Origin: an uncultured cyanobacterium
GTDB taxonomy: Bacteria > Cyanobacteriota > Cyanobacteriia > Phormidesmidales > Phormidesmidaceae
Length of the DNA: 64,000 bases
Assembly: GCA_963793265.1 (NCBI GenBank)
Contig: CAWBZI010000004.1
Span: forward strand, 576,001 to 640,000
Direction of reading: 5' to 3'
In this document: piece by piece, positions 61,577-64,000 of the stretch
Position numbering within the stretch: the first letter of the stretch is position 1
How the letters are laid out: each line of letters starts with the position of its first letter
Notes under the pieces: model-generated
What the model saw: the letters and a program-made list of their open reading frames with translations, nothing else
Database searches by the model: none
Told to the model about the DNA's origin: nothing
Made by a program: the position numbers and the translations under genes

Positions 61577-62926
61577 ATGGCCTACGATTTTGATCTTTTT
61601 GTAATTGGTGGTGGTTCTGGCGGCATTGCGACCGCGCGCCGGGCGGCTTCTTATGGGGCCAAAGTTGCAGTCGCTGAAAGCGATCGCCTCGGCGGCACCT
61701 GCGTCAACAAAGGCTGCGTTCCTAAAAAGCTGATGGTGTACGCTTCCCGCTTTCCCAAATACGCCTCAGAGTCAGAAGGCTATGGCTGGACGGTAAAACC
61801 GGCTGACTTTGACTGGAATACCATGATTACCGACGTAAATAACGAGGTAAAGCGGCTAAATGCAATCTATCAGCGCATGGTAGATAACGCTGAGGTAAAA
61901 ATATTTCCGGTTCATGCCAAATTGCTAGATCCTCACACGCTAGAAGTGGGTGATGAGAAGGTGACGGCTGAGCGCATTTTGATTGCGGTGGGTGGTAAGC
62001 CAGTGAAGCCTGATATTCCGGGGATTGAGCACGCGATTACCTCTGATGGCATGTTCGAGATGAAAACGCAGCCTAAGCATATGGTGATCTTAGGCGGTGG
62101 CTATATTGGCTGTGAGTTTGCCTCGGTGATGAACCTGCTCGGGACTAAAGTCACACAGGTGATCCGTAAAGAGCAGATTTTGAACGGCTTTGATAAGGAT
62201 GTGCGCAATGAGCTGCACGAGGCGATGGTGAAGCAAGGGATTAATTTGCTGACCAATGCTGAGATCGTAAAGATTGAGAAAACCGCTGAGGGTGTGACGG
62301 TCACCATCAATGACGGTGAGGAGAAGATTATCGTGGCTGATGCGGTGAGCTTATCGGCAACGGGCAGACGGCCTAAGCTAGAGAACTTGGGGCTGGAAAA
62401 TACGGCGGTGGAAACGCACAGAGGGGCGATCGCGGCTGATAAATATAGTCAAACCGCAGAGTCTAGCATTTACGCGATTGGTGACTGCACTGATAGAGTT
62501 AACCTCACGCCCGTAGCGATCAATGAGGGCCGTGCCCTAGCTGATACGATCTACGGTAATAAGTCGCGTGTGATGACTTACGATAATATTCCTTCTGCTG
62601 TATTCACTACGCCAGAATCAGCCAGTGTTGGGGTTACTGAGGACGAGGCGATTGCCGAATACGGTGAAGACAACATTCATGTGTTCCGCTCCCGCTTCCG
62701 CTCGATGTACTACACGCTGCCAAATAAGGACGAAAAAACCTTGATGAAGCTGATTGTGCATACCGAAAGCGATAAGGTGCTCGGCGCTCATATGGTGGGT
62801 GACTATGCCGCAGAGATTATTCAGGGGGTTGCGATCGCTCTCAAAATGGGCGCGACCAAAGCCGACTTCGACAACACGGTCGGTATTCACCCAAGCTCGG
62901 CAGAAGAGTTCGTCACCATGCGTTAA
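61577..62926 (+). CDS. gor: Glutathione reductase
   Basis: GGGSGG, GGTCVNKGCVPKK, LTPVA, IHPSSAEEFVTMR. Confidence 0.96.
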   Translation: MAYDFDLFVIGGGSGGIATARRAASYGAKVAVAESDRLGGTCVNKGCVPKKLMVYASRFPKYASESEGYGWTVKPADFDWNTMITDVNNEVKRLNAIYQRMVDNAEVKIFPVHAKLLDPHTLEVGDEKVTAERILIAVGGKPVKPDIPGIEHAITSDGMFEMKTQPKHMVILGGGYIGCEFASVMNLLGTKVTQVIRKEQILNGFDKDVRNELHEAMVKQGINLLTNAEIVKIEKTAEGVTVTINDGEEKIIVADAVSLSATGRRPKLENLGLENTAVETHRGAIAADKYSQTAESSIYAIGDCTDRVNLTPVAINEGRALADTIYGNKSRVMTYDNIPSAVFTTPESASVGVTEDEAIAEYGEDNIHVFRSRFRSMYYTLPNKDEKTLMKLIVHTESDKVLGAHMVGDYAAEIIQGVAIALKMGATKADFDNTVGIHPSSAEEFVTMR

Positions 62927-63007
62927 ACACTGGCATTACGGCTGGCGTTAACTTTTCTATTGCACATTCTCAGATAATCGTTGATCCCAGCAAAATCATT
63001 CTCATAA

Positions 63008-63042
63008 AAGCCCGCCTAAAACAACTTTTAGGCGGGCTTCTT
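63008..63042 (+). terminator. Intrinsic terminator after gor
   Basis: AAGCCCGCCTAAAA...TTTTAGGCGGGCTT, 14-bp stem. Confidence 0.8.
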
Positions 63043-63578
63043 GTCGCAAACTTAGCTGCTGCTCAGACCGTTAATAGAGTTGTTCTTATCGTTTGTTCGT
63101 TTCACATTGAGGAAACTCAAGAAACTCAATGAAAAGCAGCACAAATACCTACTGAAACAAACCGCCAAACGCCCGCGTCATCAGAGATACATCAAAAATA
63201 TGACTTTAGAGGGGAATGCATGAAAGATATGTGAACTTTGCATGATTAAGGCCAAAATGTTCACTGTGAACCTGTCAAATTAATTTTAGGCCACTACTAT
63301 AGTGAGCGAAGAACAAGTAGTGAGCAAAGAGCAAGTAATGAGCCAGTAATGAGCTAGAAACAGCGGCGACTATGACGCTTCGCAAACGTGCCCTATCCGA
63401 ACAACCGCGAGCCAATAGTCATCGCTAGACTGTCATTAATAGCAGTTTTGTATAAAAGCATGACGACAATCACCACGGCCTCTTTTAGTTATCACAAGCC
63501 ACTGGGTATGTTGTTTATCAAGCATTGCTATTTCCCATTTTCACTACAGAATTTTGAGTTGTTTACAACTCTTTGGTT

Positions 63579-63869
63579 ATGAATTTCTCTCAAGTCAAAC
63601 GTCAAAAGTCCATCGACATTCTGGAGCCTGTTAAGCGCAAAATAGAAAATATTCCCGTCGAGAATCCAGTCACAGCGCACCGCATCGTTTCACTTATCCC
63701 TGCTGACTGTCCTTTTGAAAGAGATCTCAAGCTTTTTGGCCGCGTGATTGCCCACATTCCACCCATGTGCAAAATCAATCCCCTCTACGAACAGCTCACA
63801 ATGCTCCGATTTAAAGCACTTTGCTATCTTGTAGACGAATGTGGTGAAGATATCGCAGCGCTTTCATAA
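63579..63869 (+). CDS. Mo-dependent nitrogenase C-terminal-like domain protein (stand-alone)
   Basis: IPADCPFERD, HIPPMCKINPLY, LRFKAL.YL. Confidence 0.85.
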   Translation: MNFSQVKRQKSIDILEPVKRKIENIPVENPVTAHRIVSLIPADCPFERDLKLFGRVIAHIPPMCKINPLYEQLTMLRFKALCYLVDECGEDIAALS

Positions 63870-64000
63870 GGCTGCCTAGCCTCAAGATTGCGCTTCAAGA
63901 TTGAATAGAGCTAAAGACCTCCGGTTAGAGGCAGTTCGTTTTTACAGATCGATTTTTCCGAATTAGTGCACTCAGCCGCCTTTTCAATAGTGCTGATTGC

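Noticed and set aside
63579..63869. Nitrogen fixation gene
   Set aside because: This small domain occurs stand-alone in many cyanobacteria and no nif genes are present

Overview
64 kb of a cyanobacterial chromosome. The HIP1 octamer GCGATCGC is frequent, and Rre1/Ycf29, TrxC, PEP-CTERM and PTPA-CTERM genes are present. Most of the window is core genes: queE-queC, purU, ribD, bioF, pyrD, gcvT-H-P, radC, cysK, prx-grx, gor, tRNA-Thr(CGT) and tRNA-Val(CAC). The centre (30.4-48.3 kb) is rearranged. Two apparently identical 1268-bp IS4-family elements lie in inverted orientation around 13.8 kb. A split 9-bp target duplication shows this block is flipped, which separates an OmpR-type regulator from its kinase and breaks up a Type I restriction-modification locus (hsdR nonsense, hsdS truncated, hsdM 5' part missing). 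Nested inside are a 188-bp duplication starting at a HIP1 site, a vapBC cassette flanked by a duplicated hsdR 3' end, a dead ART-like toxin next to an S1-domain gene, and a 49-bp palindrome. The most novel-looking signals are (i) a G-to-C skew switch centred on HIP1 sites, independent of coding strand, with a likely CGATCG methylase in the window, and (ii) two paralogous proteins (coiled coil, basic linker, RGR-containing domain) that resemble nucleoid-associated silencers. All family calls come from motif recognition; no database searches were run.
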